From the NCBI GenBank assembly GCA_032718475.1, contig JAUCBJ010001457.1, positions 1 to 64,000 of the forward strand: a DNA stretch of 64,000 bases. Direction: 5' to 3'. Below, piece after piece: positions 62,069 to 64,000 of the stretch (the first letter of the stretch is position 1; the number at the start of each line of letters is the position of its first letter). The notes below the pieces were generated by a model. The model worked only from the letters and a program-made list of their open reading frames with translations. It was not told the DNA's origin and did not search any database. The DNA is from Nemertoderma westbladi. Lineage: Eukaryota; Animalia; Xenacoelomorpha. A program made the translations under genes and the position numbers.

Positions 62069-64000
62069 TTATGTTATGGAGTCCCTAGATATTTGTCGGA
62101 TTAGGGAAGTGGTCGTAGGAAGAGTATCTTGCCTTCCATAGTTTCCGGACAGTTTTTGGTCTCTTTCCAGTAAACATAAACGACCAGCTGGGTGATTGGG
62201 TTGTCGTGTTACTTTCTCCGCTCCCTTGGCCTGTCTACTCTCCGCCGTGGTAAGATGAGGAGGCCATTCATCTTCTTCTTTACTTAGGGAGTCGGGTCCA
62301 CCTAACCAGCCGGGAGTATCTATCCGTTCTTGAGGAGTCGCTCCTCTGGAAGCGATGTCGGCTAGATTAATCATCTCGGGGCGATGTCTCCATTGATCTT
62401 CATTGGAGTTAATATCGTCATTATCTGAGGAGTATGGTGTTCCCTCAGTTAGTTTGTCCACTTCACTGCTCTCCACTTCCAAACCATTTATCTGGTATAG
62501 TCTTTCTGATGGTAGTCTCTCTTCGAGAGTTCTGCGGGAAGGGCCAGTAAAGTACCAACCTACTCTAGTTCTTACCGCATAGGTTTGTAGTGGCTGCGGT
62601 TGAGCAGGTCGTTTTTCCAATGTCTCGAGCGCCTCGTGCGCGTTTTGGCCGATAAGTATTTGCACTCCAGGATAATCCGTCTGGAATCGAGGTATTTTAA
62701 GTTGTTGGATGCTCTTGTCCTCGTTCCAGTTATAAGGCTCTACTTGGGTATTAGCGAAGTTCTTTATAGCTACCATTTTTACTGACCTTATACTTTGTTC
62801 TCCTAATTTATCCTGTGGGGTGGACAACACACCTACATAGTAATCTGCCGTTAGGGTAGATTTCCAAACCTGCATAATTCCTGACATATTCAATTGAGTC
62901 CGGAACTTGGGTTGTCCAGCAAAGATATCTTCGGCTAGTTCTTGATCGATGAATGTTCCTGTGCTGCCGGAGTCAAGTAGGGCGTTCACTATGTAACTCT
63001 TGTTAAGACCGTGAACTCTTACTTGAACTACAGGAAATTCTCTGATTCCTACGTTGGAAGCTGGAGCTTTCCAAGATGGTTGTTTGTCAAAGGTGGTTGG
63101 GGGGAACTCCGTGTCGGTGTCTTTTTCGTACGTAAGTGCTCGATACACTGCGGTATTTATTAGATAACAGGATTCGTTGGCATCGGAGAATTCGTCCGTA
63201 TAGAATCCTTCCCACTCAGAACTTTGGTCAGTGTCGTTCACATCACTGAATTGGACATGTGATTTGGGCTCACTTACCTGACTCGGGCTGTTTCGTTCGA
63301 ATTCCGTGTGCAACAAGCTATGATGTTTCGCGCCGCACTTAGCACACCTTGCGTCAGAGTAACAGGTTCGCCGCTGGTGTCCGCGTCTGAGACAGTTATA
63401 ACATAACCGCTTATCCCACAGGACTCCACGTCTATCTGCCAGGGATTTCTTTAGGAATTCTACACACGCACTCAAACGGTGGGGCCCGTCGCACAGCGCA
63501 CATTTTGGTTTGATGTTACTCACCTTAACTTGGTTAACGTTCTGCACTCTCGTTCTTTCTTCGGGCTTTCTTCCGTGAATTCTCTTAGGAGACGTAGGAG
63601 GAGTTGTTGTTACCTGTTCTCTCCTGTCACTGGTTCGAGACTTGTATTTACTTACGTCTTTATAGGTCTTGTTGTCATAGTAAGATCGTTCGGTGTCTTT
63701 CCCGCTGTCCTCTTCTTGAGAAGCTTGGCTTTCGCCGTCGTCAGTGTAGCACACTGGTATTATCCTTCTCCTAGAAACGGGTTTCTCACTTACCTTATTT
63801 TCCGATGTTTTCTCTCTGGACTGCCTTATGAGTTGTAATTTTACTTCACTATCTAAGAAGGACATGAGATCAGCCATGGTAGGACTTCGTCGTTGTTGTT
63901 CATTCATGTACAACACTTTCTTGTCCCAGCGCGTACATACTCCACCCTTTGGTAAAGTAGAGACTAGGGCTGCAATGACCATGGAACTCTGATATTCATG
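62069..64000 (-). mobile_element. BEL/Pao LTR retrotransposon gag-protease ORF (5' part outside window), internally deleted pol
   Basis: Triple knuckle CALCDGPHRLSAC / CYNCLRRGHQRRTC / CAKCGAKHHSLLH, protease ALLDSGS, ILIG, AVRTRVGW; followed by pol remnants NLADIASRG..WLGGP..EDEWP and RLCLLE. Confidence 0.92.

Overview
Eukaryotic (invertebrate-animal-like), repeat-rich genomic window. Host genes, all on the + strand: an intronless MTMR14/Jumpy phosphatase (1759-3453), an intronless 1555-aa PUS7L/TruD-like protein that lacks the catalytic GxKD motif and carries many SIM-like motifs (24271-28938), an intronless CEP152/asterless (about 30163-34950), and a spliced MATCAP/KIAA0895 tubulin carboxypeptidase (at least 5 exons, 47034-50632). 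There is also a decayed intronless DDX1 pseudogene fragment (- strand, about 20862-21690) lying between inverted repeats. Mobile DNA: a truncated CR1-type LINE, RTE fragments, a THAP remnant, two near-identical copies of a 3-kb non-coding element with a tRNA-like module, several foldback/MITE elements, and a BEL/Pao LTR derivative at the right end (gag-protease with in-frame loss of RT and integrase, plus an extra triple zinc-knuckle ORF). Roughly a quarter of the window is tandem repeats (11, 32, 33, 38, 35/60, 35 and 18-20 bp units); one is a 6-kb array of AATAAA-containing G-rich units starting about 8 bp after the MATCAP stop codon. Family assignments rest on remembered motifs, not database searches.
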